From an uncultured bacterium (GTDB taxonomy: Bacteria > Patescibacteriota > Minisyncoccia > Phycocordibacterales > Phycocordibacteraceae): a stretch of DNA of 54,125 nt. Location: contig CAMTWI010000003.1 in the NCBI GenBank assembly GCA_947085505.1, forward strand, positions 73,319-127,443, written 5' to 3'. The position numbers and the translations under genes were made by a program. The notes under the pieces were generated by a model. That model ran no database searches. It was not told the DNA's origin and worked only from the letters and a program-made list of their open reading frames with translations. This document shows positions 9,695 through 19,141 of the stretch, piece after piece (within the stretch, counting starts at the first letter, position 1; each line of letters begins with the position of its first letter).

Positions 9695-9997
9695 ATGGAC
9701 CCAAATAGTCAACCAGCATCGGTAACGTTTGAGGGCGAGGAATTTCAGAGACCCGCGACATCTTCACAAACGCAGGCCCCAGGAATTATGGGATTGGTTA
9801 TACAGAGCTCGGGTGGTCTTATAAAGAATGAGAAACAAGCTCAGCACGTGCTCATTGGGTTTGTGGTTATTGCATTCATCTTCGTCTTCTTTCTTATGTT
9901 TAATAGTGGAGGTACAGGTGCAAAATTTGAAGCACCTCCTGGTCAGCAGGTTATATATCCACAGAATGAACCACCACGACTCGAGCAAAAAATTTAA
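9695..9997 (+). CDS. Hypothetical single-TM protein
   Basis: 100-aa ORF with TM VLIGFVVIAFIFVFFLMF; TATAAT upstream; AT-richer sequence. Confidence 0.7.
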   Translation: MDPNSQPASVTFEGEEFQRPATSSQTQAPGIMGLVIQSSGGLIKNEKQAQHVLIGFVVIAFIFVFFLMFNSGGTGAKFEAPPGQQVIYPQNEPPRLEQKI

Positions 9998-10000
9998 CCT

Positions 10001-10519
10001 ATGACTTTTCACACCCAGAAACAAACTAAAGGTTTTACACTCATTGAGTTGTTGGTTGTGATCGCCATCATCGGCATTCTTTCAAGTGTTGTGCTAGTAA
10101 GTCTAAACACTGCGCGAGCAAAAGCTCGGGATGCAACGCGCAAAACTGACTTGAAGCAACTTCAGACTGCGCTTGAGTTGTATTTTAACGACTACGGAAG
10201 GTATCCCATTACAAGTACGTGGCACGGATACCAGACCAGTGGCTGCGGTGTAGCGGGAGGACTTACTGGTCCGAGTGGATATATTCCCGATCTCGCACCA
10301 ACGTACATTCCAGTGCTCCCAGTTGACCCAAGTAGACAATTTGGCGGCTGTAGTGGCTATCTATATTACTCGGGCGGGAATGGGGCGAGCTATAAGTTGT
10401 TGGCGCATGCAACTGGTCCGGAAAGTTTCCCGACTGCGTCACAAGCGTTTTATGACCCTGTTCGCCCAACATGGGCGTGGATGATATGTAGCGGAGCCAC
10501 GGCCTGCAGCACGTGGTAG
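10001..10519 (+). CDS. Type IV pilin / GspG-like pseudopilin
   Basis: Class III signal KG|FTLIELLVVIAIIGILSSVV, then ARAKARDATRKTDL...ALELY...GRYP. Confidence 0.93.
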   Translation: MTFHTQKQTKGFTLIELLVVIAIIGILSSVVLVSLNTARAKARDATRKTDLKQLQTALELYFNDYGRYPITSTWHGYQTSGCGVAGGLTGPSGYIPDLAPTYIPVLPVDPSRQFGGCSGYLYYSGGNGASYKLLAHATGPESFPTASQAFYDPVRPTWAWMICSGATACSTW

Positions 10520-10566
10520 AGGACTTCTCTAGTTTTATACAGTCTTCTAAAACTGCTTTGGTTTTG

Positions 10567-10651
10567 CGGAGGAGGTGAGATTCGAACTCACGGTGCCTTG
10601 CGACACTCTTGTTTTCAAGACAAGTGCGATAGACCACTCTGCCACTCCTCC
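10567..10651 (-). tRNA. tRNA-Ser(UGA)
   Basis: GGAGGAG...CTCCTCCG, anticodon loop CTTGAAA, long variable arm. Confidence 0.95.
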
Positions 10652-10664
10652 CTACCTATGAGTT

Positions 10665-10946
10665 TTACTCTTTTGAAGCGGGTGATGCAACCGCAGGTGC
10701 AGATGCGGTATGTAGTACCTTGTCTTTTCGGAAGGCGACAAGGTACACAATCTCAAGAATACCAAGTGTATTAAGGACAAGTATCGCAACAAACCAGAGC
10801 ACCTGATGATTGCGTGCAGTATGCCAAAGGGCGAACGCTTTGAGCACGGTCGTGATCACAAGAACTACGAGAAGAAGGGTGAGGAGAACCCCGGACGGAA
10901 CTACGGAGAAAATTGGAAGGCTCGCGAGATCGTTCAATGGAGACAT
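10665..10946 (-). CDS. Small membrane protein (DUF5652-like)
   Basis: KAFALWHTARNHQVLWFVAILVLNTLGILEIVYL pattern; start ATG 10946 is 7 nt after TACACT. Confidence 0.7.
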   Translation of the reverse strand: MSPLNDLASLPIFSVVPSGVLLTLLLVVLVITTVLKAFALWHTARNHQVLWFVAILVLNTLGILEIVYLVAFRKDKVLHTASAPAVASPASKE

Positions 10947-10992
10947 TGCCGGGAGTGTAGCATGCGGGCGAAAGGCCGTGTAGCATGGGTCC

Positions 10993-11391
10993 ATGCGCTA
11001 CATGGGAATTGACTTCGGTACCAAAAAGATAGGCATCGCTCTCTCGGACGAAGCGGGTTCTATGGGCTTTCCGCACTGCATCATTCCGAACGATGGGCGC
11101 TTGATAGACGAGGTTCTTGCACTTATAGAACGTAAAAACGTTGAGGCGATTGTGATAGGGGAATCGATGGGTATGGACGGCACCGAGAACAAGGTCGCCA
11201 AGCTCGCGAAGGAATTCGCGGCACTCCTCGAACGACGTTCTGAAATCGAGGTGTTCTTTGAGCCGGAAATGTACACTACCCAGGAAGCACGACGCGACTT
11301 CGAGGGCGTGCGCATGCCAGGGAGTCCTGACGTCGATGCCTCTGCAGCAGCTCTTATCCTTACTAGCTACCTCACCCGTACCCATGGCTGA
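10993..11391 (+). CDS. ruvX: Holliday junction resolvase-like / pre-16S rRNA maturation nuclease RuvX (YqgF)
   Basis: MGIDFGTKKIGIALSD, IVIGES, EMYTTQEA and VDASAAALILTSYL. Confidence 0.92.
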   Translation: MRYMGIDFGTKKIGIALSDEAGSMGFPHCIIPNDGRLIDEVLALIERKNVEAIVIGESMGMDGTENKVAKLAKEFAALLERRSEIEVFFEPEMYTTQEARRDFEGVRMPGSPDVDASAAALILTSYLTRTHG

Positions 11392-11728
11392 CGAAAACCA
11401 CATTTCCATAGATGAGTTCGCAAAGATAGAGGTGAAGGTTGGTACCGTTAGAAGCGCCGAGCTTGTACCCGAGACCGATAAGCTTTTGAGACTCGTCGTT
11501 GATTTCAACGAAGACACGGGACCGCGCCAGATTGTCTCTGGCATACGCGCGTATGTGAACGAACCTGAAGATCTTGTTGGACGCCAGCTTGCGTTCGTCA
11601 CGAATCTTCTACCGAGAAAAATAAAAGGACTCGAATCGAACGGTATGTTGTTTGCGGTTGGTCAGGACGATACGTTTGCATTCCTCTCGCCCGATCGGGA
11701 CGTACCACCGGGAACAACTGCACATTAA
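11384..11728 (+). CDS. Stand-alone tRNA-binding OB-fold protein (Trbp111 / MetRS C-terminal domain family)
   Basis: ISIDEFAKIEVKVGTV, DKLLRLVVD, RQIVSGI and NLLPRKIKGLESNGML. Confidence 0.88.
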   Translation: MADENHISIDEFAKIEVKVGTVRSAELVPETDKLLRLVVDFNEDTGPRQIVSGIRAYVNEPEDLVGRQLAFVTNLLPRKIKGLESNGMLFAVGQDDTFAFLSPDRDVPPGTTAH

Positions 11729-11769
11729 GCACACTTCATGCTCGTGCACGCGGTATACTCTGCGTACGT

Positions 11770-12858
11770 ATGGCCAAGAACGCTCTCGCCCGACTCACGC
11801 GCATAGAATTCGCTCCGCCGAAATATCTCGCATTTCCAACCGCAGGTATTGATGTGTCCGCAAGCGGCGTAAAACTCGCGGTGCTCGAGGAACGTCTCCA
11901 CGGACTTGAACTTGTTGCGTTTGGCGAAGAGCGGCTCCCTATGGGTGCCGTTACGGGCGGTGAAATGACGGATCGTGCAGCGATTGTTGCAGCCGTTCGG
12001 ACCCTCGCGAAGAAGCATCATGTGCGTTTTGCTAACATCGCACTTTCAGAATCTCGTAGCTATTTGTTCGAAGCTCAAGTGCCGGGAAAGGATAGTAAGG
12101 AACGGCGGACTGCTGTAGAACAGCAACTCGATGAGTATGTGCCGCTCCCGCCATCTGAAGTCGCGTTCGATCTCGTTCCTGCTGGGGTGGTGGGGGACCA
12201 GACTCAAGTGCTCGGCGTAGGTTACGCTCGACGTGTGATCGAGGAGTCGGTGTCTGCATTTGACGAGGCGAATGTTACGGTACGTGCCGTTGAGAACGAG
12301 ATGTTCTCGATGCCCCGTGCACTGCTTCCGGCAGGAGATCAGGAAACGGTTCTTCTTATTGATATTGGTAAGACCACCACGAAACTCGCGGTTATATCGC
12401 GCCGGGTTCCACGTTTCGCTACAACGCTTGAGGTTGGCGGGCATGCACTCACGCTCGCAGTGCAAAAACACTTTGGCGTAACAGAAGAGGAAGCAAAGCG
12501 TGTGAAGGCGGAACACGGACTCGTTATTAATGAGTCAGATCCGGGATATCTCGAGGCCATGCTTTCGACCGTTTCTGTTATTCGCGAGGAGATTGTGCGC
12601 AGACTGGACTATTGGCAGTCACGCTCGGCCGCGGGAGGTGTGCACGAGCCGGTGACGCGTGCGATTCTTGCAGGAGGTAATGCGACGGTTCGAGGGTTAC
12701 CTGAATTTCTCGAGACATCCCTTAAGATTCCGGTTGAGCTTGGCGATGTGTTTGTGAATCTAGCACCGCGAGAGTCCTGGCTTCCGCCACTTGATTATCT
12801 AGAGTCGCTCGCCTATGGGACTGCGATCGGTCTCGCTCTACGAGAGTATGGAAAGTAA
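11770..12858 (+). CDS. pilM: Type IV pilus assembly protein PilM
   Basis: AGIDVSASGVK, LLIDIGKTTT, VGGHALT and ILAGGNA actin-like ATPase motifs. Confidence 0.9.
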   Translation: MAKNALARLTRIEFAPPKYLAFPTAGIDVSASGVKLAVLEERLHGLELVAFGEERLPMGAVTGGEMTDRAAIVAAVRTLAKKHHVRFANIALSESRSYLFEAQVPGKDSKERRTAVEQQLDEYVPLPPSEVAFDLVPAGVVGDQTQVLGVGYARRVIEESVSAFDEANVTVRAVENEMFSMPRALLPAGDQETVLLIDIGKTTTKLAVISRRVPRFATTLEVGGHALTLAVQKHFGVTEEEAKRVKAEHGLVINESDPGYLEAMLSTVSVIREEIVRRLDYWQSRSAAGGVHEPVTRAILAGGNATVRGLPEFLETSLKIPVELGDVFVNLAPRESWLPPLDYLESLAYGTAIGLALREYGK

Positions 12859-13405
12859 ACTCACAAATCTTCTTCCTGAAGAGCGTATACGCTCGCTGCG
12901 CCACATATACTTTATGCGTCTTGCGGTTGTGGCGGTCCTTCTTCTATCTGGGGTGATTCTTGTACATGGCGTGCTTTTACTGCCGTCCTATCTGTATGTG
13001 CGAAACCAAGTAGGGGAGCGGACAGCATCACTTGCGGCGCTTACCACGACCCTTGCGGGAAGCCAAGAGAAAGAGATAAGTACACGCGTTGCTGCGTTAG
13101 GAGCTGACTCAGAGTATCTTGCACGACTCTCTTCTGTACCAAAAGCATCCGCAGCAGTTCGTGCGATTGCGGCACTTCCGCGTTCTGGCATCAGGCTTAC
13201 GGGATTCTCATTCGCACCAAAAGCAGGCACAGAGACGACCATGTCTGTTTCAGGTGTCGCAACAACACGTGAAGCACTTCGAACCTTCGAGCAGTCTTTA
13301 GCACGTCAGCCGTTTATAACGTCCGCTGACCTGCCGATTAGCGCGTACGCCAAGGAGCGCGACATCTCGTTCACTATTCGCCTAACGGGACCCTTTGCTC
13401 TATGA
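12848..13405 (+). CDS. pilN: PilN-like pilus alignment protein
   Basis: NLLPEE N-terminal motif, a TM helix, a coiled segment and a ferredoxin-like C-terminus; follows pilM. Confidence 0.75.
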   Translation: MESKLTNLLPEERIRSLRHIYFMRLAVVAVLLLSGVILVHGVLLLPSYLYVRNQVGERTASLAALTTTLAGSQEKEISTRVAALGADSEYLARLSSVPKASAAVRAIAALPRSGIRLTGFSFAPKAGTETTMSVSGVATTREALRTFEQSLARQPFITSADLPISAYAKERDISFTIRLTGPFAL

Positions 13406-13929
13406 AGCGCGCTTCTTTAATCCAGCTCGTTATAGCGCTCATCGTGTTCGTCGCTGCCGTTGGCGCGTACGGTTTCTGGTATTCGCTTGTAGGAAAGGCA
13501 AGTGTTGAGGCAGCTACACTCTCTAAGGAGATATACACAAAGAGCCAGGATTCGGCACGGGTTGCAGCGGCAAAAGTTGCACTCGAGTCTCTTGCAGAAG
13601 ACGAAGCTGCAATGCGTGCGTATTTAGTACGTGAGCAAGATATCGTACCGTTTCTTAGTACGCTCGAGGACACGGGCGTGTCGCTCGGCTCTAAGGTAGA
13701 GGTGGCCTCAGTATCTGCGGACAGTAAGGGAGAACGAAGTCACATACAGCTTTCCTTGAAGATAACCGGATCGTTTGATGCGGTACTCCGTACCTTGGGG
13801 GCAATTGAGTATGGGCCGTATGATAGTGCTATTCAGTCAGTAACGTTCGATACCGTTCCAAGCGAAGGAACCGCAGCATGGACTGCAGCTGCAACCTTCC
13901 TACTTGGAACCCAGTCAGAGAAACCGTAA
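13402..13929 (+). CDS. pilO: PilO-like pilus alignment protein
   Basis: N-terminal TM, coiled coil, LKITGSFDAVLRTLGAIE; third gene of the pilMN operon. Confidence 0.7.
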   Translation: MKRASLIQLVIALIVFVAAVGAYGFWYSLVGKASVEAATLSKEIYTKSQDSARVAAAKVALESLAEDEAAMRAYLVREQDIVPFLSTLEDTGVSLGSKVEVASVSADSKGERSHIQLSLKITGSFDAVLRTLGAIEYGPYDSAIQSVTFDTVPSEGTAAWTAAATFLLGTQSEKP

Positions 13930-13931
13930 GT

Positions 13932-14234
13932 ATGAAAACCTCACTCAATCTCGCTCCAATACTGAAGAAATTTTCGTACGGCAATTACGTGCACCCTGCG
14001 CGTGATTGGTTCTACCTACTCGTTGCTATGACGGTCCTTGTTGCGCTCTCCATTGGCTGGAACCTATGGCTACTCAAAAGTGTCGAGAAGGGAGGAATAA
14101 TTGGAGACGAGAATGCGGTAGTTGAATCCTTTGATGAAGCACCTATCGAATCGGTACGGGCGGTATTCGAAGAGAGACGCGCGGAGCAGCTTCGGTATCG
14201 CCAGGAGTACCGGTTCGTTGACCCGTCTCTCTAG
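13932..14234 (+). CDS. Small single-TM protein, fourth gene of the pilMNO operon
   Basis: 100 aa with TM DWFYLLVAMTVLVALSIGWNLW; starts 2 nt after the pilO stop. Confidence 0.65.
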   Translation: MKTSLNLAPILKKFSYGNYVHPARDWFYLLVAMTVLVALSIGWNLWLLKSVEKGGIIGDENAVVESFDEAPIESVRAVFEERRAEQLRYRQEYRFVDPSL

Positions 14235-14252
14235 GACCGCTACTGTACTAAA

Positions 14253-14324
14253 GCCCCTATAGCTTAATGGATAAAGCTGCGGACTTCTAAGCCGTCGATC
14301 TTGGTTCGATTCCAGGTGGGGGCA
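14253..14324 (+). tRNA. tRNA-Arg(UCU)
   Basis: GCCCCTA...TGGGGGCA, anticodon loop CTTCTAA. Confidence 0.93.
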
Positions 14325-14374
14325 CTGACGTGAAATAGAAAAGAGCCAGCGATTTGCTGGCCCTTTTCATTGTG

Positions 14375-14448
14375 TGGGCGATGGAGGACTCGAACCCCCG
14401 GCCTACCCGGTGTAAACGGGTTGCTCTAACCAACTGAGCTAATCGCCC
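14375..14448 (-). tRNA. tRNA-Val(UAC)
   Basis: GGGCGAT...ATCGCCCA, anticodon arm ACCCG-TTTACAC-CGGGT. Confidence 0.95.
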
Positions 14449-14521
14449 GTAGGGCCTAGAGTAGCGCATAACGCGAATATTTTGAAGTAACCTCGCTCCA
14501 GCATGGTACGTTCTTATCTGT

Positions 14522-14797
14522 ATGCATGAACGCCTTGAAGCCATAGTCTCTGGGAGAGTACAGCTGGTTATGTACCGAGACTTTGCCCAACGGAAGGCGA
14601 GGCGACTTAAACTTGTTGGTTCGGTTGAGAATCTTTCGAATGGAACGGTGCGTGTAATTGCGGAAGGTCCTCGCGACGTGCTCGAGGCGTACGTAACGCG
14701 CCTCGAAGGCGGACCGCTCCTTGCACGTGTTGAACGCGTTACGTCACTGTGGTTGCCAGCGACCGGAGGTTTCCGTGACTTCAGCATTATCTATTAG
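14522..14797 (+). CDS. acyP: Acylphosphatase
   Basis: VSGRVQLVMYRDF and GSVENLSNGTVRVIAEG. Confidence 0.88.
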   Translation: MHERLEAIVSGRVQLVMYRDFAQRKARRLKLVGSVENLSNGTVRVIAEGPRDVLEAYVTRLEGGPLLARVERVTSLWLPATGGFRDFSIIY

Positions 14798-14798
14798 C

Positions 14799-15476
14799 AT
14801 GAGCACCTTGCGATCAATCGGCGTCATTATGGACGGCAACCGCCGCTGGGCGAAGGAGCACGGACTTCCAACCCTTGAAGGGCACCGGAAGGGTTTCGAG
14901 CGTATACAGGATCTTATCTCCTGGTGTCGAGACACTTCAATTGAGGAAGTTGTGCTCTATGCATTCTCCACTGAAAACTGGAATCGGTCTCCTGAGGAAG
15001 TTGAGTATCTTATGGATATATTCGAGCACTCATTTTCAAACACGCTCGCTCAAATAGCAGAAAACGGAATTCGCGTCAGATTCATGGGGCAGCTTGAACG
15101 CTTCTCTCTAGGTCTTCAGCAAAAGATGCAAAAGCTTCAAACGGAAAGTTCTACCGGCACAGCCGGAACACTTACGGTTGCGTTGTCGTACGGAGGGCGT
15201 CCTGAGATTCTCGCCGCTGTAAACAAGTTGCTGCAGGAAGGAAAAGAAACCGTAGACGAAGAGGGATTCTCAGACGCACTCTGGAGTGCAGGACTTCGCG
15301 ATCCTGATCTCATACTTCGCACGGGAGGCGAGCGCAGACTCTCGAACTTCCTGCCGTGGCAGTCGGTATACAGCGAGCTCTTTTTTACCGACACCAAGTG
15401 GCCAGACTTTTCGAAAGAGGAGTTTAATGCTGTGCTCGCAGAGTACGCTGAGCGCGAACGAAGGCACGGGAAATAA
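14799..15476 (+). CDS. uppS: Undecaprenyl diphosphate synthase
   Basis: IGVIMDGNRRWAK, YAFSTENWNRS and DPDLILRTGGERRLSNFLPWQSVYSEL. Confidence 0.96.
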   Translation: MSTLRSIGVIMDGNRRWAKEHGLPTLEGHRKGFERIQDLISWCRDTSIEEVVLYAFSTENWNRSPEEVEYLMDIFEHSFSNTLAQIAENGIRVRFMGQLERFSLGLQQKMQKLQTESSTGTAGTLTVALSYGGRPEILAAVNKLLQEGKETVDEEGFSDALWSAGLRDPDLILRTGGERRLSNFLPWQSVYSELFFTDTKWPDFSKEEFNAVLAEYAERERRHGK

Positions 15477-15498
15477 GGATGCGTGCTAGGGTGTCTTC

Positions 15499-16233
15499 AT
15501 GGAACTTCCGGTTATATACGAAGACGACGAGATCGTCGCCATAGCAAAGCCCGCTGGTGTTATGACCCATCCGGACGGACACTCGACGGACGAGACCGCA
15601 AGCGATTGGTTTGCGCGTACCTACCCAGCCTCTGCTGAAGTGGGGGAGACGCAGCGTCTTAAGGACGGGACCGAGATTGCACGTCCTGGCGTAGTGCATC
15701 GCCTTGATCGCGATACCTCAGGAGTACTCGTCTTTGCAAAGACGCCCGACGCGCACGCCCGCCTCAAGCTCGCATTTCAGAATAAGCAGGCGAAGAAGAC
15801 GTACCTGGCTATCGTGTACGGCACGCTCAAAGAAGAGAAGGGAATGATTAACTTCGCTATTGGCCGCAGCCGCAAGGACTTTAGATTGCGCAGTGCACAG
15901 CCAAAAGCAAAAGGTCTTATGCGTGAAGCGCTCACGCGTTTCCAGGTTGTGGGGGATATCGAGACGCATTCCCTTGTTCGCCTTATGCCCGAAACTGGCC
16001 GCACGCACCAGATTAGGGTGCATTTGAAGGCGATTCATCATCCGATCGTCTGCGACCCACTCTATGCTCCTGGACGTCCCTGCGATCTGGGTCTCACACG
16101 TCTTGCACTCCATGCGTATTCGCTCGAGATTCCGCTCGCGTCTGGCCGTGTGCTTATTACCGCGGAGGTCCCAGAGGACATGAAAAAGGCGGTTCAGGGC
16201 TTCCCGGGAAGCGAGACCTTCGTTGCTCCGTAG
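15499..16233 (+). CDS. RluA/RluD-family pseudouridine synthase
   Basis: [15 protein letters not shown] and [11 protein letters not shown]. Confidence 0.93.
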   Translation: MELPVIYEDDEIVAIAKPAGVMTHPDGHSTDETASDWFARTYPASAEVGETQRLKDGTEIARPGVVHRLDRDTSGVLVFAKTPDAHARLKLAFQNKQAKKTYLAIVYGTLKEEKGMINFAIGRSRKDFRLRSAQPKAKGLMREALTRFQVVGDIETHSLVRLMPETGRTHQIRVHLKAIHHPIVCDPLYAPGRPCDLGLTRLALHAYSLEIPLASGRVLITAEVPEDMKKAVQGFPGSETFVAP

Positions 16234-16261
16234 AAACGGCTGTGATACAGTGCGCAGGCTT

Positions 16262-16789
16262 ATGAACGCAGTCCATACACCCGTCGCTCAGGATGAGCGC
16301 ACCAAGCTCGGCATCCGCCCGGGCGACACTGTCCGTGTCCACCAGAAGGTGGTCGAGAAGGGTAAGACCCGCCTCCAGGTATTTGAGGGCCTTGTTCTCG
16401 CGGTGAAGCACGGCACTGAGGCTGGTGCGACCTTCACGGTCCGTGCAACCATGTCCGGTATTGGCGTTGAGAAGATTTTCCCGCTCTACAGCCCGGTTAT
16501 CGACAAGATCGAGATTACTCGTCGCTCGAAGGTCCGTCGCGCAAAGCTCTACTTCATCCGTGAGAAGGTTGCTCGCGAGGTCCGCCGCCAGCTCCGCAAC
16601 ATGCGCATGGTTAACCTCTCCACTACTGACTTCAAGGAGGAAGAGAAGCCAGAGGAGGTCGCAGCGGATGCTCCAGAGGAGGTTGTTGTAGAAGTTGACA
16701 CTGTTCCTGAGGGAGACACTGGTGAGGTTACTCCCGAGGAAGTAGCAGCTGAGGAGTCTCGCGAAGAGAAGAAGAACGAGGAAGCGTAA
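16262..16789 (+). CDS. rplS: 50S ribosomal protein L19 with acidic C-terminal tail
   Basis: [29 protein letters not shown] and KVRRAKLYF. Confidence 0.96.
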   Translation: MNAVHTPVAQDERTKLGIRPGDTVRVHQKVVEKGKTRLQVFEGLVLAVKHGTEAGATFTVRATMSGIGVEKIFPLYSPVIDKIEITRRSKVRRAKLYFIREKVAREVRRQLRNMRMVNLSTTDFKEEEKPEEVAADAPEEVVVEVDTVPEGDTGEVTPEEVAAEESREEKKNEEA

Positions 16790-16855
16790 GAGAATTTGTA
16801 AATACTGAGAAGGCCCGCTATAGTAAGCGGGCTTTCCTGTTAGGGGAGTGTACCT

Positions 16856-16940
16856 GCCCGGGTGTTGAAATTGGTAGACAAGCATCCTTGAGGTGGATGT
16901 GCCGCAAGGCGTGGAGGTTCAAGTCCTCTCTCGGGCACCA
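16856..16940 (+). tRNA. tRNA-Leu(GAG)
   Basis: GCCCGGG...CTCGGGCACCA, anticodon loop TTGAGGT, variable arm. Confidence 0.95.
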
Positions 16941-17008
16941 AAAAGATGAGCCGCACCAAGTGGTGCGGCTCATCTTTTTGTTCTAAATGTGCTATAACCC
17001 AACTACAT

Positions 17009-17084
17009 GGCGGCTATGGTGTAACGGTTAACACTACAGATTGTGGTTCTGTCAATTCGGGTTCGATTCCCGGTAGCCGCCCCA
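17009..17084 (+). tRNA. tRNA-His(GUG)
   Basis: G-1 followed by GCGGCTA...TAGCCGC-C-CCA, anticodon loop TTGTGGT. Confidence 0.95.
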
Positions 17085-17098
17085 ATAAATTAATCCTT

Positions 17099-17500
17099 AT
17101 GAAATCATTTCTCTCAGAGTTTAAGAAGTTTGCTCTTCGCGGAAACGCGATTGATCTCGCGATCGGTGTTGTGATCGGTGCGGCATTCACAGCCATCACG
17201 AACTCACTTGTCACAAACATCATCACACCACCGCTCTCCTTACTCACGCGAGGTATTAACTTCGCAGACCTCCAGCTTGCGATCCCAACAACTGATGCTG
17301 CGATCCAGTATGGCCTTTTCATTCAGGCGGTAATCGCTTTTGTTATCACTGCATTCGCACTCTTCCTTCTCGTGAAGCTCATCAATCACCTTACAATGCT
17401 TGCACGTAAGGAACAGGAGGCAGGCAAGACCCCGCCCTCCGAGAAGAGTGCCGAACTTATGGTACTTGAGGAGATCCGCGACGCACTCAAGACACCGTAA
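17099..17500 (+). CDS. mscL: Large-conductance mechanosensitive channel
   Basis: EFKKFALRGNAIDLAIGVVIGAAF, YGLFIQAVIAF and LEEIRDAL. Confidence 0.96.
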   Translation: MKSFLSEFKKFALRGNAIDLAIGVVIGAAFTAITNSLVTNIITPPLSLLTRGINFADLQLAIPTTDAAIQYGLFIQAVIAFVITAFALFLLVKLINHLTMLARKEQEAGKTPPSEKSAELMVLEEIRDALKTP

Positions 17501-17503
17501 CGC

Positions 17504-18172
17504 ATGAAGCAGCTACTGGCCGGCGTCGTCATACTCTTCGTTGTTGGTTTCGGTTCATTTCTGTATCGGAACACCGTTGAGCGACCGGGCATAACGGCAG
17601 CAATGCCTGTGTGTACCAGGGAGGCGAAGATTTGTCCGGATGGTACGTCCGTAGGACGGACAGGACCAGCCTGCGAGTTCGCTCCGTGCACTCTTCCAAA
17701 CGTGGAGATTCCGGATAGCGGGATTAGCTTTGCGATAACTACAGGGTACGTCGCGGAGGAGAATGTGTCCGGCGCGGATACTCGACTTCTTGCTGTGTTT
17801 GTAAAGCCATCCCTGGCAGGCAATCCGCAGCACACGATTGCGCTGTATCGTTTCGAGATTGGAGAAGGGGAGACGGCGAACGATGTAATTCTTGAGAACA
17901 CTCGCTTCCAACCTGCTGATATGCAGGTAGAGGATTTCAGTCAGTTCCGAGATTTATCGGTAAATGGAAGGACATTCAAGGAGACGACCATCGAACGCTT
18001 TGAGGCAATGGTGCACAGTAGCTACTATTTGGTGCGTGAGAACGACGTTCTTAGATTTGATATTACGGAGCACGATGTAACAGACTGGATGGAGCCAGGA
18101 CTTTCTATTCGCGACCTCCCAGAGCACACAGGACTCCTAGGGCTTCTTCAAACACTCCAGATAACCCTGTAA
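17504..18172 (+). CDS. Membrane-anchored extracellular protein with a four-Cys mini-domain
   Basis: N-terminal TM, then CTREAKICPDGTSVGRTGPACEFAPC. Confidence 0.75.
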   Translation: MKQLLAGVVILFVVGFGSFLYRNTVERPGITAAMPVCTREAKICPDGTSVGRTGPACEFAPCTLPNVEIPDSGISFAITTGYVAEENVSGADTRLLAVFVKPSLAGNPQHTIALYRFEIGEGETANDVILENTRFQPADMQVEDFSQFRDLSVNGRTFKETTIERFEAMVHSSYYLVRENDVLRFDITEHDVTDWMEPGLSIRDLPEHTGLLGLLQTLQITL

Positions 18173-18229
18173 GTAAAGGCTCATTCAGACGTCGTGCTAC
18201 CATAGTGCCAATAGCCTAATAGAATCATC

Positions 18230-19024
18230 ATGAACCAGCTTGTGAACGAACTTACCAGCAACCGCGCAGCACGTATCGCTGTTGTCGCAGTACTTTCCAT
18301 ACTCGCGCTCTTCCTCCTTGTGAAGACATGGGACGCGGCGTTTGGACGCGACATGAATGACCCGTACAACACCATTACGGTAGAGGGTACTGGCAAAGCT
18401 GCCATGGTTCCTGACACTGCACGCATTACGTTTACGGTCATGGAGTCGGCTAGCGAGGTAGGAGCGGCTCAGGATGCCGCAACGAAGCGTATGGACGACG
18501 CACTCGCTTCGCTCAAGGAAATGGATATTGACGAGCGTGATGTGAAGACTGTCTCGTACAACGTGTCTCCGAAGTACGACTACAACCAGCGGCCTTGCTA
18601 CCCGGGCATGATTTGCTCGACTGGCACCCCGCGCATTGTTGGATACGACGTATCCCAGACCGTTGAGGTTAAAGTGCGCGATACTGCGAAGGCAGGTGTC
18701 GTACTGGAAGCACTCGGAGGACTCGGTGTCCAGAATATCTCAGGCCCACAGTTCGTTGTTGACGACGAGAGCGCCGTTACGGCCGAAGCTCGTGCGGAAG
18801 CTATCGAGGAAGCTCGTGCAAAGGCAAAGCAACTTGCAAAGGAGCTCAACGTCCGTCTCGGCAAGGTTGTGTCCTTCTCTGAGGGAGCAGCAGGAGACTT
18901 CTATGGCTACGGAAAGGGCGGCGACATGATGATGTCGGAGGCCTCCATGAGCCGTACCCCAAGCCTTCCGGTAGGGGAAAATGAGACCGAGATCACGGTC
19001 ATGATCACCTACGAGATTCGCTAA
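18230..19024 (+). CDS. SIMPL domain (DUF541) protein
   Basis: ITVEGTGKAAMVPDTA, GYDVSQTVEVKVRD and EAIEEARAKAKQLA. Confidence 0.9.
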   Translation: MNQLVNELTSNRAARIAVVAVLSILALFLLVKTWDAAFGRDMNDPYNTITVEGTGKAAMVPDTARITFTVMESASEVGAAQDAATKRMDDALASLKEMDIDERDVKTVSYNVSPKYDYNQRPCYPGMICSTGTPRIVGYDVSQTVEVKVRDTAKAGVVLEALGGLGVQNISGPQFVVDDESAVTAEARAEAIEEARAKAKQLAKELNVRLGKVVSFSEGAAGDFYGYGKGGDMMMSEASMSRTPSLPVGENETEITVMITYEIR

Positions 19025-19070
19025 CAAAGTTCTCTACAACACAGCCCCGCACTCGCGGGGCTGTGTTCGT

Positions 19071-19099
19071 TTGACACAGCATTGAGGCCGTACTATCAT
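19071..19099 (+). promoter_or_regulatory. Sigma70-type promoter for secE-nusG-rplK
   Basis: TTGACA-17 nt-TATCAT. Confidence 0.7.
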
Positions 19100-19141
19100 G
19101 CATATATATAAGGCCCGCGGGGCTTTTTTATTTACAGGACC

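Noticed and set aside
9600-10651. Integrated mobile element at tRNA-Ser
   Set aside because: No integrase and no duplicated tRNA 3' end; kept only as a compositional islet.
14461-14488. dif-like site (GTAGCGCATAA-CGCGAA-TATTTTGAAGT)
   Set aside because: The XerD arm, normally the best conserved, matches only about half the positions, and the site overlaps likely tRNA/acyP promoter sequence.
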